Positions 28,271 to 38,651 are shown, counted from the first letter of the stretch. The stretch: DNA of 56,817 nucleotides from Nitrospirota bacterium (GCA_016180645.1 JACPAV010000020.1:62001-118817), one strand, 5' to 3'. The notes: a model not told the origin generated them from the sequence alone. Made by a program: numbers and translations.

Positions 28271-29056
28271 ATGAAAGACCAGGAAACACAGGTTGAAGCC
28301 CGCACGGGCGAGGAACCGGAAAAGCCAACCGATGCATCCCCAGTCGGTGGGGAATCATCGCCCCATACGCCGGGCACTGGGGATGATGAGTCGAATCGCG
28401 ACGAGACCGCCACGCCGGTGGACCCGTCCTGCGCAGTCCTTCCTTCGCCCGCCGAAGCGGGCTTCGCGAAGGCGGGAGCTGCTACGGAGGGGGAAACGAC
28501 GGAGACAGAAAAAGACAAGGCTGAGACGGACACGGACGATGAGCCCGCTGACGACGTACCATCCCCGGCCGCGGCGGCCGGCGGCGAGGCGCAGGCACTG
28601 CCAGAAGGCGAGCGAACCGGAAGGGAAGTCATCCCCTCCGCTGCGCTCCACGAACGAGGAGATGAAGAATCACGGGGGCCTTGCGTCGTCGTGACGCTTC
28701 AGTTTGCGGACCAAGGCGTCTTGATGGTGGTCTCGTCAACACTGGCCGGGGCGCCCGTCCTGGGACCGCGCAAGGTCCGGGCGGAGGACATGGGTGAGAC
28801 ACTACGGAGCGTTGTGGCGGGTTACCGACTCGACCTGGAGAAATTCAGGCTCGAGAAGAAAGCCAAAGAGGAAAAACAGGCCCGAAGGATCAAGACGAAC
28901 ACGGCTTCACGTGCCGGCATCACACCCAGTGCGCCGGCGACGAAAGCGGCGGTGCATACGGCCGGCCAGGCCACGGCTGGAACGCCCCCCGTGACAGGAT
29001 CTCCAGAGAACGGGCCGCCTGCCGGGACAAAATCGGGTCAGCCGAGCCTCTTCTGA
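28271..29056 (+). CDS. PRTRC system protein E-like
   Basis: Position before protein C; low-complexity Ala/Lys tail ending QPSLF; in-frame repeats H (28438-28476) and B. Confidence 0.55.
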   Translation: MKDQETQVEARTGEEPEKPTDASPVGGESSPHTPGTGDDESNRDETATPVDPSCAVLPSPAEAGFAKAGAATEGETTETEKDKAETDTDDEPADDVPSPAAAAGGEAQALPEGERTGREVIPSAALHERGDEESRGPCVVVTLQFADQGVLMVVSSTLAGAPVLGPRKVRAEDMGETLRSVVAGYRLDLEKFRLEKKAKEEKQARRIKTNTASRAGITPSAPATKAAVHTAGQATAGTPPVTGSPENGPPAGTKSGQPSLF

Positions 29057-29102
29057 GAGGACAACGAACCCATCCGGAAGAAAAGGAATACAGGAGCACA
29101 AG

Positions 29103-29357
29103 ATGGAAACACCACAAGAAGGCAAGACCAAAGAAGCACCCCCATCCCAGGGACAATTGGAAATGAGGAAACGGGTGTTCGTCTACGACGGCAAGCGATT
29201 CCCCGATCCGGATCCCGGCGCAAGCATCACGCAGGTGCGGGACGTCCTGCGCGGGGCGTTTCCGGAGCTGGCCGAGGCGGAGACGCAAACCAACACCCTG
29301 GCGGACGGCACGGAGGAGATCACCTTCCGGAAAGTCGCGGGACGAAAAGGCCGCTAG
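29103..29357 (+). CDS. PRTRC system protein C (ubiquitin-like)
   Basis: RVFVYDGKRFPDPDPG...V.D.L...FPELAEA...ITFRKVAGRKG. Confidence 0.85.
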   Translation: METPQEGKTKEAPPSQGQLEMRKRVFVYDGKRFPDPDPGASITQVRDVLRGAFPELAEAETQTNTLADGTEEITFRKVAGRKGR

Positions 29358-29382
29358 AAGCCGTCGTTCGGCGGCAGCGGCC

Positions 29383-29631
29383 ATGGCGAAAACGGGGGCG
29401 ATCAGCCGGATCCTGAACGGACTCATCAAGGTCCCGGCCGACCCCATGAGCGAACAGGTGTGGGAGTTCCTCAGAATGGAGCCCTCGGCAGGAGAGCTGA
29501 TCAAGCGGGGCGATGAAATCCTGCAAGCCGTCCGAACGCTCGAAAGGCGAGTAGGGGGCGTGGAGGCCATCATCAAGCGAATCCAATGCACTCGGGCCAT
29601 TCCTTCGAAAACAACGCCGCCAGGCCTGTAA
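29383..29631 (+). CDS. Small hypothetical protein in the PRTRC cluster
   Basis: ORF between protein C and the F-position gene. Confidence 0.5.
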   Translation: MAKTGAISRILNGLIKVPADPMSEQVWEFLRMEPSAGELIKRGDEILQAVRTLERRVGGVEAIIKRIQCTRAIPSKTTPPGL

Positions 29632-30434
29632 GTCTATCGGCCATCCGGGGACTCCTTCTCGCCGGCACCCACCGGCTGAGGTACAGCTGGATGGCAGAAC
29701 AGCTCGAGTCCCTTCTTGAGGTAAAGAACTTCCTGCTGGCCGCGCAGCGCCACCTGCCGGCCCGGGCCGAGTACCTGGGAAACGTGCTGCGGCAAAGAGG
29801 AGCGCTCAGCTGCTTCCTGGAGTTCTTGAACGCCCTCAGGGAGGAGGACGTTCTCCCCATACCGGACTACATGGGCGAAGAGGCGGATGAGATCACGACG
29901 ACGATCCCCCTCAACGTCATGGGGATCCATTACGACTCGCTTCCGGACTTCGGGAAAGCCGCGTGCCTGGCGGCGGCGATGTGTAGCGACGACCCGTCGT
30001 TCCTCGGTCCTCTCCATGACGCCGCCTGCGTTCCCCTGCGAGAGGAATTCTGCGTCTGGGGCGGAGTCTGCTCAGGGCAAGAAGACCTCAAATGGCTGCG
30101 AGGCGTCAAAGCCGGGCGGCAGTGGAGACATCTCCCAAGCCTCCTCACCTGGGTGCTCAAGAAGGGCGGGAACGCGTTTGTCGACTACTCCGATGAGGAG
30201 TTCTGCGAGATGGGGGAGCCGAACTGGGACGACATCGATCACGTGGTGAAGGAGTACGCCCGCGCCAGGAGCATTCTCGGCCGCGCGACCTGGATGCGCG
30301 ACCGTGTGGATGAAGGAGGAGCGCCCCGCCTCAAGGAAATGGCCTGCATCCTTGAAACGGGGATGAACAACTTTCTGAAGGGACGATTTCATGACAACCG
30401 GCAGCTCACTCTTTGGCCTCATCCCGGACATTGA
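29586..30434 (+). CDS. Hypothetical protein in the PRTRC protein F position
   Basis: Synteny only; start uncertain. Confidence 0.55.
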   Translation: MHSGHSFENNAARPVSLSAIRGLLLAGTHRLRYSWMAEQLESLLEVKNFLLAAQRHLPARAEYLGNVLRQRGALSCFLEFLNALREEDVLPIPDYMGEEADEITTTIPLNVMGIHYDSLPDFGKAACLAAAMCSDDPSFLGPLHDAACVPLREEFCVWGGVCSGQEDLKWLRGVKAGRQWRHLPSLLTWVLKKGGNAFVDYSDEEFCEMGEPNWDDIDHVVKEYARARSILGRATWMRDRVDEGGAPRLKEMACILETGMNNFLKGRFHDNRQLTLWPHPGH

Positions 30435-31089
30435 GCACGCGGCTCAGGAACTGCGGGCCCGGATCGACGTCTACGACGAATCGATCCACGTGGCCGTCCG
30501 GTCCGAGCGGGGAATCCGCCGTATGGAAGTCGCACCGGAAGATCTGGCGCACGCCTTCCAGGGAATCGCGCTCACAAGCGGAATCCTGCCCAAGGGCACG
30601 GTCTTCTGGGCATCGCGAGGGACCGGGACCCGAATCGGCGTCGAAATCCCACCGGGCCGCCGGGACGTCACGTGGCGGGAAAGTAGCGGGCGGATCCGGT
30701 CGGGTAGGATTCCATATCCCCGACTTCTATTTATCGGAGAGGAGCGGTCCTACCGTCTCTACGCCCTCAAGAGCACACCACTGGAAAGGTCCACCGTCCT
30801 TTGGGAGGCGCCTTTCCCGAACATCTACGCCGACGGAAGGATCTGCCGGGGAACAGCGCCCTTCCCGGACGCGCATCCGCAAACGATGATGAAAGCCTTC
30901 GACGTCTTCATGGAGAGCGAGTTCAACGCGGACCTGTCGGGAAGGCGTTGCCATTCCTACCCGGAAGACGTCCGACGACTTTGGGAGGGAATACGAGGTC
31001 GAAGGCGCTTCCCGGAAATCCAGTTGATCAAGACGCACCTGACGCTGGGAGACCTGATCGGAAAGGACCATGGACCCGACTTGCGATAG
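30391..31089 (+). CDS. PRTRC system protein B (prokaryotic E2 family D)
   Basis: IPYPRLLF, YALK, LWEAPFPNIYADGRICRG and F.ESEFN motifs. Confidence 0.88.
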   Translation: MTTGSSLFGLIPDIEHAAQELRARIDVYDESIHVAVRSERGIRRMEVAPEDLAHAFQGIALTSGILPKGTVFWASRGTGTRIGVEIPPGRRDVTWRESSGRIRSGRIPYPRLLFIGEERSYRLYALKSTPLERSTVLWEAPFPNIYADGRICRGTAPFPDAHPQTMMKAFDVFMESEFNADLSGRRCHSYPEDVRRLWEGIRGRRRFPEIQLIKTHLTLGDLIGKDHGPDLR

Positions 31090-31876
31090 CCAAACTCGAG
31101 CATGGCTCAGAAGCTTGGTGGACTACCACGTCTACACGGGAGAGTCGCTGCCGCCCGTTGCAAGCCTGGCGGGATACGACTACGTGCTGGCGGGAAACGG
31201 CCTCTTCAAGAGGGCACAGAACGCGCTCCTATCGGCGACCATCCGGACGGCCGCGTTCAAAGCGCCGCTCCTTCCCACCTTGGAGGAAAGCCTGTCGCTG
31301 ACGCATGGAAGAGTTCCCGGAAGGCTCATGGGACTGGCACTCAAGGAGAGCCGAGAAATGGCGGAGGAGATGTCGCCGCGCGAGACACTCTTCTTGATCC
31401 GGTACGATCCAGAGGCGCAGACGTATACCCTCGAGCATCCCGAGACGGAGGTTGGCACGTTCGCCGGCGTGGAGTACAGGGTTGAGGATCCCACAAACAT
31501 TCTGGTCGACCTTCACAGCCACCACAATATGGCGGCCTGGTTCTCCGAAACGGACGACCGCGACGAGCAGGGACTACGAGTGTACGGAGTACTGGGACGA
31601 GTCGGCACACGGCCGGAGCTGGCGCTGCGAGTGGGCATCTACGGACACCATGGTGCGATTCGAGCAGAAGACGTTTTCGATGGCGTAACGTCACTCGTGG
31701 AAGAGGACGGGGGATCCGAGCCGCGCGATCTGAAAGAGGAAGCCGGGAAAGGAGATCCGACCTCCCGGGATCCCGACACGGAGGGAACACTGGTCCTTAC
31801 GGGGAAAACCGCACAGGGACTATTCGAGCAGCTCAGAAGGTGCTGGGAAGCCCTGACCCCACGAGGACGAAGATGA
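31070..31876 (+). CDS. PRTRC system protein A (JAB/MPN peptidase)
   Basis: YVLAGNGLF and DLHSHHNMAAWFSETDDRDE motifs. Confidence 0.88.
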   Translation: MDPTCDSQTRAWLRSLVDYHVYTGESLPPVASLAGYDYVLAGNGLFKRAQNALLSATIRTAAFKAPLLPTLEESLSLTHGRVPGRLMGLALKESREMAEEMSPRETLFLIRYDPEAQTYTLEHPETEVGTFAGVEYRVEDPTNILVDLHSHHNMAAWFSETDDRDEQGLRVYGVLGRVGTRPELALRVGIYGHHGAIRAEDVFDGVTSLVEEDGGSEPRDLKEEAGKGDPTSRDPDTEGTLVLTGKTAQGLFEQLRRCWEALTPRGRR

Positions 31877-32940
31877 AAAGAGGGGGACAGGTCATCGTCC
31901 CCTCCGCTCCGCTCCACGGACGACGAGATGAAAAATCATGGGGGCGTTGCGTCGACTTTTCGCCTCTCTGGAGAATGGTCTTCAACACACGAGCAGAGTT
32001 TTCGATTCTCCACGTGGGCTGCGGTGGAACAGGCAGTTTCCTCTCCGGAAGCCTGGCGAGACTCGCCCATACGGCGAGGAGAACAGGACTAACCCTCGAC
32101 GTCGTATTCATCGACCCGGACACGGTCACGGAAGCAAACGTAGGACGCCAAAACTTCTGCCCCGCCGACGTGGGGCGTCCAAAGGCAGAGGCTCTGTCGG
32201 AGCGGTACAACCGGGCGTACGGGTGGAACAGCACGGCGGTGGTCGAACACTTCAAGGTGTGGGCAAACGACCATAAAGCCAATCGACACATCGGGGGACT
32301 CGTTGTCGGCTGTGTAGACACGGCGGCCGCGCGCCGGGAAATCGCGGAGTGGATCCAAGGAGCATGGGGGGGATGGTTCTGGCTGGACCTCGGCAACCAC
32401 CGGCTGTCGGGACAGGTGCTTTTCGGAAACTTGGCGCGCAAAATCGGTCCCCCCGATCGAGTGGAAGGAGTTCGACTCCTGAAAGGTCTGCCGCTTCCCT
32501 CCTTTCAACACCCCGATTTGCTACAGGACGAGCCGCAAGAGGCCGGGTCGGCCATCCTAGCCGCTCCCGCCTTCGCGACTCGTGCTACGCAGCGAAGCCC
32601 TGCTTCGCAGAGTGGCAAGCCCGCTACGGCGGGCGAAGGAAGGTCCGGCACCGCTTCCGCGTCCTGCGGGCGGAGCGACACACCGACGTCCTGCGCCGCG
32701 CGCATCGAGCGAGGCGAACAGGGGCTGTTCGTCAACCAAATGGCCGCGGCCGTAGGGGCGGAGTACCTGTACGACATGCTGGTCACGGGGGAGATGAGGC
32801 GCTTCGCCACATACTTCGACCTCGAAAGCGGTTCGATGAGATCGCTCGCGACAACTGAGGCCAACCTTCGGCGGTTCAGCCGCCGGGAGAGAAAGCAGGA
32901 CGGCAGCAAAGCGACCCCACTTCAGGCAGCCGCCGCATAG
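31873..32940 (+). CDS. PRTRC system ThiF/E1-like adenylyltransferase
   Basis: VGCGGTGS, DPDTVTEANVGRQNF, GCVD, WLDLGN and SCA..I...EQGLFVN motifs; nested repeat insert. Confidence 0.92.
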   Translation: MKRGGQVIVPSAPLHGRRDEKSWGRCVDFSPLWRMVFNTRAEFSILHVGCGGTGSFLSGSLARLAHTARRTGLTLDVVFIDPDTVTEANVGRQNFCPADVGRPKAEALSERYNRAYGWNSTAVVEHFKVWANDHKANRHIGGLVVGCVDTAAARREIAEWIQGAWGGWFWLDLGNHRLSGQVLFGNLARKIGPPDRVEGVRLLKGLPLPSFQHPDLLQDEPQEAGSAILAAPAFATRATQRSPASQSGKPATAGEGRSGTASASCGRSDTPTSCAARIERGEQGLFVNQMAAAVGAEYLYDMLVTGEMRRFATYFDLESGSMRSLATTEANLRRFSRRERKQDGSKATPLQAAAA

Positions 32941-32978
32941 CCGGCGGCACACCCATCACACGAAAGGACAGGACAATC

Positions 32979-34841
32979 ATGCCAGAGATTTGCGCGTCAG
33001 TGGATCCCAACATCATCAGGGAACTTCCACGGTTTTTCGGCAGCTGGGTCTGCGCCCTCGGGGAACTCCTGCAGAACGCCTACCGTGCGGGGGCAGGGAA
33101 AGTCGATATGATGGTCGACAAGACCTCAGGGCTCCTGTCGATCACGGACGACGGCGCGGGCATGGAAGAACCGGGAGTCCTTCTCCGGGCGGGAGCCAGC
33201 GGCTGGAATGGCACCGTGGTGGATCCTGCAGGGCTGGGATTTTTCGCCCACCTGGCCTTCGTCACGCAGACGTGCGTTACATCGGGACGCCCGGGGCGAC
33301 GATGGCGTCTAACTCTGACGCCGGAGATCCTAAGCGGAGGGCCGGCGACCTGGGAGAACGTGACTGCGACGGAAGCGCAGAGCGGCACGCGAATCGAGCT
33401 CACGCTGAAACCCGGAGCGATCGCACTCAAGGACGAAGAGGTTGAGGAAACCGTCCGATCGGCACGAGCCTACTACCCCTTCAGGCTCACACTGAACGGA
33501 CGGGTCATCGAGCCCCGGAGCCGGTTCCAACCGCTGCTCACCGTAGAAACGCCGGCGGGACCGGCCAAGATCGGTCCGCGACCGGGAGCGTACCGAGGCG
33601 GATTCCATGCCGTATGGGAACACCGCGTGATCGGATCGGAGATCGGCGGATCCTCCGCCTTTCAGAACGGGATGCAGGCGGCCGCGAAGAAGTGCCGAAG
33701 ACCCATGCTTGCGAAGGAACTCATGTGTCTGCATTGGGAGTGGTTTGTAAGTCCCGACTGCGGGGTGAGGCCCAGGCTTCCGGAGAGGAGCGAGCTGATC
33801 GACAACGAAGCCCTGAAGAACGCCTGCGGGTCTCTCCTTGATGCCGTCGTCACCATCGTTGAAAAGGCGATCACGGGGGCCGGTGACCTGCCCGACAAAA
33901 TCGGGGCAATGGACGACGATCTGTGCAAGCAGCTGGGCGGCGGACTGCTACCCAAGGAACTGATAACCGGCATCTGGCACACCATCTGGGAGGAGCTCAT
34001 ACCTGGGTACGTCAGGGTAAGCTGGAATAATCCCACGGACTTCGAGTGCTGGTACCGGGAAAACAACGGGATCATGGTCCGGCGATTGGGAAGGTATTTC
34101 TATACGCGCAGGGCCGTCCTGACCAGCTCGTCCGACCTGGAGCAGACACTGAACCTCCTGGGACACGATACGTCGTTCATACCCGGGGCCGTGAGCCCCA
34201 GGGTCATCATCAGGGGGCTGAGGCAATCGAACGAAAGCCCCGATGTGGCCTTGGCGGAGTCGATCGAGGTGGAAGGAATCGGGTCGATTCCGTTCATCCT
34301 GAAAGACGTCGAGGAAGAGCGTGCCGAAGCGCCGTACGCCGAGGACGAGTCTGGGAGACCCTTGGAGGTGGAGAAGCTCATCGTGTACGCAGGCAGCCCG
34401 GAAGAGTTTATCCGGGTGCTCGAAGGGGGCGACGAACGGTTTTCAAACGCGTTCTTTCTCGCCCGGCACTACTTGGGGGACGAGTGGGAATGGTGCGACG
34501 TCGATGGCGAGGACGTCTCCATAAGTCACGGTACGATCCGCGAGGAACTGATCGAACAGGTGACCAAAGGATTCCGTGCTGATCGGCTCCAGGCCACCGA
34601 GCGGTATTTCAAGACGAATGCCGCAGTGGACCGGGTACGAACGGTTCGGGAGGACCTGAGCGCGGCCACGAAGGAAATCGCGCATCCGTTCATGTCCGAC
34701 AAGCGCGAGATCGAGGACTTGCTCGAAACGGCGGCGACTAATCTTAGGAAGGCCGAAAGACTCGTCCTCAAGGAATGCACAAGACTCAGGAAGGAAGCCG
34801 GGATGGCCTCCTCAGAGGAGGCGGGCGGCGTGCCGGCCTAA
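32979..34841 (+). CDS. GHKL (HATPase_c) ATP-binding protein
   Basis: ELLQNAYRAGA, DDGAGM, DPAGLGFF and GTRIEL motifs. Confidence 0.85.
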   Translation: MPEICASVDPNIIRELPRFFGSWVCALGELLQNAYRAGAGKVDMMVDKTSGLLSITDDGAGMEEPGVLLRAGASGWNGTVVDPAGLGFFAHLAFVTQTCVTSGRPGRRWRLTLTPEILSGGPATWENVTATEAQSGTRIELTLKPGAIALKDEEVEETVRSARAYYPFRLTLNGRVIEPRSRFQPLLTVETPAGPAKIGPRPGAYRGGFHAVWEHRVIGSEIGGSSAFQNGMQAAAKKCRRPMLAKELMCLHWEWFVSPDCGVRPRLPERSELIDNEALKNACGSLLDAVVTIVEKAITGAGDLPDKIGAMDDDLCKQLGGGLLPKELITGIWHTIWEELIPGYVRVSWNNPTDFECWYRENNGIMVRRLGRYFYTRRAVLTSSSDLEQTLNLLGHDTSFIPGAVSPRVIIRGLRQSNESPDVALAESIEVEGIGSIPFILKDVEEERAEAPYAEDESGRPLEVEKLIVYAGSPEEFIRVLEGGDERFSNAFFLARHYLGDEWEWCDVDGEDVSISHGTIREELIEQVTKGFRADRLQATERYFKTNAAVDRVRTVREDLSAATKEIAHPFMSDKREIEDLLETAATNLRKAERLVLKECTRLRKEAGMASSEEAGGVPA

Positions 34842-34959
34842 GAGGCCGGTAGCGCGAGCTCGGAACAGGTCCAAGAAGAAAACAAATGCCGGCGGCAAGC
34901 CGATGGGCCGCGGGACATGAGACGGAGGAACCACGCGAAACGGACGAGGAAGAGGCCCC

Positions 34960-35733
34960 CTGATCGTAGCCTTCGGAGGAGGCGTGAACTCGACGGCGAT
35001 GCTGATCGAGATGCACGCCCGGGACATCCGCCCGGACCTCATCCTATTTGCGGACACCGGCGGCGAGCGGCCTGAGACATACGCCCACATCATCGACTTC
35101 AATGAATGGCTGACAGACCACGACTTGCCCGGCATCCAGGTCGTCCGGGCCGTCCGGCGAAACGGCAAGACGCACACGCTCGAGGAGAGCTGTCTGAGAC
35201 TGAGGCAGCTCCCGTCGCTGGCGTTCGGCGGGCACTCCTGTTCGCTGCGGTTCAAGAAGGAGCCGCAAGACAAGTACGTCAACCACTGGCGGCCGGCCGA
35301 GGAGGCGTGGCGCAGGGGCTCCCGGTGCATCAAGGCCATCGGGTACGACGCCGGCGAGACGCGCAGGACGTTCCGTGTCCCGGAAGACGATCGGAAATAC
35401 GAATGGTGGCACCCGCTCGTGGAATGGGGACTCGGACGGAGCGAGTGCATAGAGATCATCGCACGGGCGGGCATCCCGGTACCGAGAAAGAGTTCGTGCT
35501 TCTTCTGCCCGGCCATGAAGAAACCGGAAATCCTGGGTCTCAAGGAGGAACACCCGGATCTCCTGCGAAGGGCGCTCGATGTGGAGCGCACATGGCAGGA
35601 GAGCGACCATGAAAAGAAGAGCACCCGCGGCCTCGGACGCCGGTTCGCATGGAGCGAGTTCATGGCGGCGGTAGAGGCAAGAAACAGGACGCGAGGACTC
35701 TGGGAGGAAAAGGAACTGCGGGCTGCCGCATGA
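34960..35733 (+). CDS. PAPS reductase-like protein; probable CTG start
   Basis: IVAFGGGVNST (upstream of the track's start), FADTGGERPETY and KSSCFFCP motifs. Confidence 0.85.
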   Translation: MIVAFGGGVNSTAMLIEMHARDIRPDLILFADTGGERPETYAHIIDFNEWLTDHDLPGIQVVRAVRRNGKTHTLEESCLRLRQLPSLAFGGHSCSLRFKKEPQDKYVNHWRPAEEAWRRGSRCIKAIGYDAGETRRTFRVPEDDRKYEWWHPLVEWGLGRSECIEIIARAGIPVPRKSSCFFCPAMKKPEILGLKEEHPDLLRRALDVERTWQESDHEKKSTRGLGRRFAWSEFMAAVEARNRTRGLWEEKELRAAA

Positions 35734-35772
35734 TGGACGCGGGAGGGTAAGCAAGGAGATGAGCCGGCGAAC

Positions 35773-36525
35773 ATGAGGGTACACACGCAAAGCGGCGGGC
35801 AAATGGCGCTCCTGTGGGGTGCCGATGGAAACCGCGCCCCCTGCACTTCCCCCTCCGTAGCAGCTACTGCGGAGGACGGGTCGCTCCGGGGACGAAGAGT
35901 GGAATCAGCTTACAGTCCTTGCGCCGCGCCAGTCGTTTCCGCGCCTATCCTGACAAGTGAGCCGTCTGGATACGGAAGGAACGGGGCGCAGGAGCCCGTG
36001 CGAAAGCTCCTCCGGGAAATCCACGTGCGCTTCGAAGAGAGGAAGAACTGTGAGTTTGTCGACCCCGGGCGAGTCCTTTCGTCAAAGGACGCGTACACGG
36101 CCGTCAAAGCGCTTGCCACATGGGACCGCGAAGCCCTGGTCACTCTGTTTCTCAGCAGCCGGTGCGACGTCATCGGCTACGAGATCAGCGGCGTAGGCGG
36201 AATCAACGCGTGCGGGGTCCGAGTGAACGGGCTCCTCCGAAGCGCGGTCCAATGCGGTGCAGCGAGCCTCATTGTCTGCCACAACCATCCGTCCGGAGAC
36301 CCCCAGCCGAGCGAAGAGGATCGGAAAGTGACCGTTCAGATACGGGATGCGTCCAAGATTCTTGAGCTGACGCTTCTCGACCATATCATCATCGGGCACG
36401 ACAAACATTTCAGCTTCGCAACGGAGACGGAGCTCCTCAAGACGGACAACAGACTTCAGCGAAGAGCTCGCCGGAGAAACAGGCCACGAAGGGCGTCCTG
36501 GTCGGTAGGGCCGCTCGGACTGTAA
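35773..36525 (+). CDS. radC: RadC-like JAB domain protein
   Basis: REALV.LFL, HNHPSGDPQPSEED and LLDHIIIG motifs. Confidence 0.9.
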   Translation: MRVHTQSGGQMALLWGADGNRAPCTSPSVAATAEDGSLRGRRVESAYSPCAAPVVSAPILTSEPSGYGRNGAQEPVRKLLREIHVRFEERKNCEFVDPGRVLSSKDAYTAVKALATWDREALVTLFLSSRCDVIGYEISGVGGINACGVRVNGLLRSAVQCGAASLIVCHNHPSGDPQPSEEDRKVTVQIRDASKILELTLLDHIIIGHDKHFSFATETELLKTDNRLQRRARRRNRPRRASWSVGPLGL

Positions 36526-36562
36526 GGAAAAAGAGAGCAGACGCATTTCACGGGAGAACCAC

Positions 36563-37105
36563 ATGACGGGGTATTCATGCAAACTCGACATCACACTGGG
36601 CGGGATTACGCCACGGGAGGAGGGCTGGCTTAGAAAAGAGCTTGAACCACGCCCCCTTCGCTCCGCTCCGGGGACGATGAAAGGAATTGCCATCGGGTCG
36701 TTACATCGTGTGGAGGCAGATCGCGGGTTCCGCCGGAAATGCGGAACCCAGTGCTGCGCCTGGCCGCCCTTCTGGTGGTCCCTCGTGACAAGCTCGACGG
36801 TCGCCGCCAGGAAAGGACGGCAGAACAAGGTCCTTCGGGTCCAGTGCGATCGAAGCTGCGCCATCCTGCCCCTCTGTCGGCTGATTCAACGTTTTCTAAA
36901 GGACTTCCGCCCAAAGGAGTGCTTCGGGTTTGGGTGGTCGCACAACATAGTAGAGCTGGCAGGAGATGCGCCGGGCGGTGGGGCCGCCTTCATCACGCCC
37001 CGGCGAATCGCATACATCAACACGGCGGGCTGGCTGCGAGTGCGAAAGGAAGCCTTCGCAAAACAGACGGATCGAACTGACAAGCGAAAGGCAGGTGTTT
37101 CGTGA
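36563..37105 (+). CDS. Hypothetical protein with in-frame repeat B
   Basis: GGGAG RBS; protein-like C-terminus. Confidence 0.6.
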   Translation: MTGYSCKLDITLGGITPREEGWLRKELEPRPLRSAPGTMKGIAIGSLHRVEADRGFRRKCGTQCCAWPPFWWSLVTSSTVAARKGRQNKVLRVQCDRSCAILPLCRLIQRFLKDFRPKECFGFGWSHNIVELAGDAPGGGAAFITPRRIAYINTAGWLRVRKEAFAKQTDRTDKRKAGVS

Positions 37106-37521
37106 GCGATCGGTGCCGTTTCGAAATCGAGCTGCGTGAGGAGGACCTCGAAGTCGCGGAGAAGATCCTGGATACGGAGCTTGACGTCATCGAGAAAAGA
37201 TCAGGTCTCGGCGGCACAATCGTGCGAGCGGTGGATGAGTCGGCGGACGTTGGCCATTACCACGGACGGGACCGACTCGCAAAGACCGGCATGGTCTACC
37301 GGGGCCACCACGGACCCGGAAATGAATTCGGGGCATGCGCATTCGTCGGGTTTGGAGGCCGCGACCACGACGTGCCTGTCGACCACAACGGCACCCCCAT
37401 TGTGACGGTTGGCCGGAATGGCAGGCCGCTAAAAAAGGATCTCGCGCTGATCAGGGACTACGAGACGGCGTTGAGGCGTGCAGCAGAGACCCTGGATGGT
37501 CACGATTCGAGAAAAGAGTGA
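37102..37521 (+). CDS. Hypothetical protein
   Basis: GTGA coupling. Confidence 0.6.
   Translation: MSDRCRFEIELREEDLEVAEKILDTELDVIEKRSGLGGTIVRAVDESADVGHYHGRDRLAKTGMVYRGHHGPGNEFGACAFVGFGGRDHDVPVDHNGTPIVTVGRNGRPLKKDLALIRDYETALRRAAETLDGHDSRKE
37436..37500 (+). repeat. 65-bp exact direct repeat (second copy at 39237-39301)
   Basis: AGGATCTCGCGCTGATCAGG...CCCTGGATGGT is identical at both sites. Confidence 0.9.
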
Positions 37522-37683
37522 GACGCACCAGCGGCGGCAGGGAAACGCTCGATTACTCGATGTCACAGTGCCATGGAGGGCAGAGCATGGAAGACGGCGT
37601 CGGCGGTCAGCAAGCCGCATAAGATGAGCAAGGCGCCGCCGGCGAGTCATCGAACCGTCCAATCAAGCGGGGAGGGAAGCAGC

Positions 37684-37962
37684 ATGAAAATAAACCGTCC
37701 AGGTGTCATTGAGCTTGGGACGTTGGGCATCCGGATCGATCTCAGCAACGGGGGCGCCGGGACGATTCGTTCCGATCTACATGAACCCCAGCCCGATGCG
37801 TGGAGCCCGGAGGAGAGGGAGAGATGGCTCCGTTACGACGGGGCCATGCATGCGATCGAATCGTTGGTCCTCGCCCATGCCTGCGCGGGCGTAGACGTGA
37901 TGGATGCCGCCTACATCGAGGGGATCGAGACGGCGGTTGAAGCGTGCTCAAACGTGTCATGA
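37684..37962 (+). CDS. Hypothetical protein (IESLVLAHACAGVDV motif)
   Basis: GGAGG RBS; recognisable mobile-element hypothetical motif. Confidence 0.7.
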   Translation: MKINRPGVIELGTLGIRIDLSNGGAGTIRSDLHEPQPDAWSPEERERWLRYDGAMHAIESLVLAHACAGVDVMDAAYIEGIETAVEACSNVS

Positions 37963-38285
37963 ACCGCAGGCGGTCGGGGGCATGATTCGCAAGGCGTCGC
38001 GGAGCAGTGCGGTCACCGCGCCGCAGCTTGACGATGGTGGGCGCCTTCGGCGTCGTTTGATCCGGAGGACGTGCCTACGAAATTGCGTCCGTCCAAACCC
38101 AAGCGGGCAAAAGGTACGTATCGGTGTTGGCCTACAGCGCTCGGGGCCGGATCATCAGGCAGTTCCTCACCGATGCGGATGCCGCACGCGAAATCGGCAC
38201 GATGTTGCCGCGGGTGGATGGCGGTCCGCCCGCTGCGGCAGCGATGACATTCCCCCATGAGCGGAGTATCCTTGGGAAAGGAACG

Positions 38286-38651
38286 ATGAAGAGGAAAAGC
38301 CAATCTGTGAACGGAAATATCCGCAAAATGGTTCGCCGGATCGTCGCGCAATTCCGTCCGGAACAGGTCTACCTGTTCGGATCTCGTGCGCGAGGGAGCG
38401 CAAAAAAGGACAGCGACGCGGACCTGTTGGTGGTCATGCCGGTGAATGGGTCGAAGCGAGAGAAGCGAATCCAGATCGGGGTGGCTCTTCACGACATCCC
38501 GATGGCGGTTGATGTGGTTGTGGTAACACCGCAAGAGATGGAAAAATGGAAAGACATTCCGGCCATGATCCCCAGGGTTGCTCTCAAGGAAGGGAAGCTC
38601 CTGTATGCCCGAGCCTGCCTTAATCCGTCGGCAAGGGGTTTGATCGCGTAG
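38286..38651 (+). CDS. MNT-type nucleotidyltransferase (antitoxin)
   Basis: YLFGSRARG...DSDADLLVV; C-terminus extended by a MITE. Confidence 0.88.
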   Translation: MKRKSQSVNGNIRKMVRRIVAQFRPEQVYLFGSRARGSAKKDSDADLLVVMPVNGSKREKRIQIGVALHDIPMAVDVVVVTPQEMEKWKDIPAMIPRVALKEGKLLYARACLNPSARGLIA

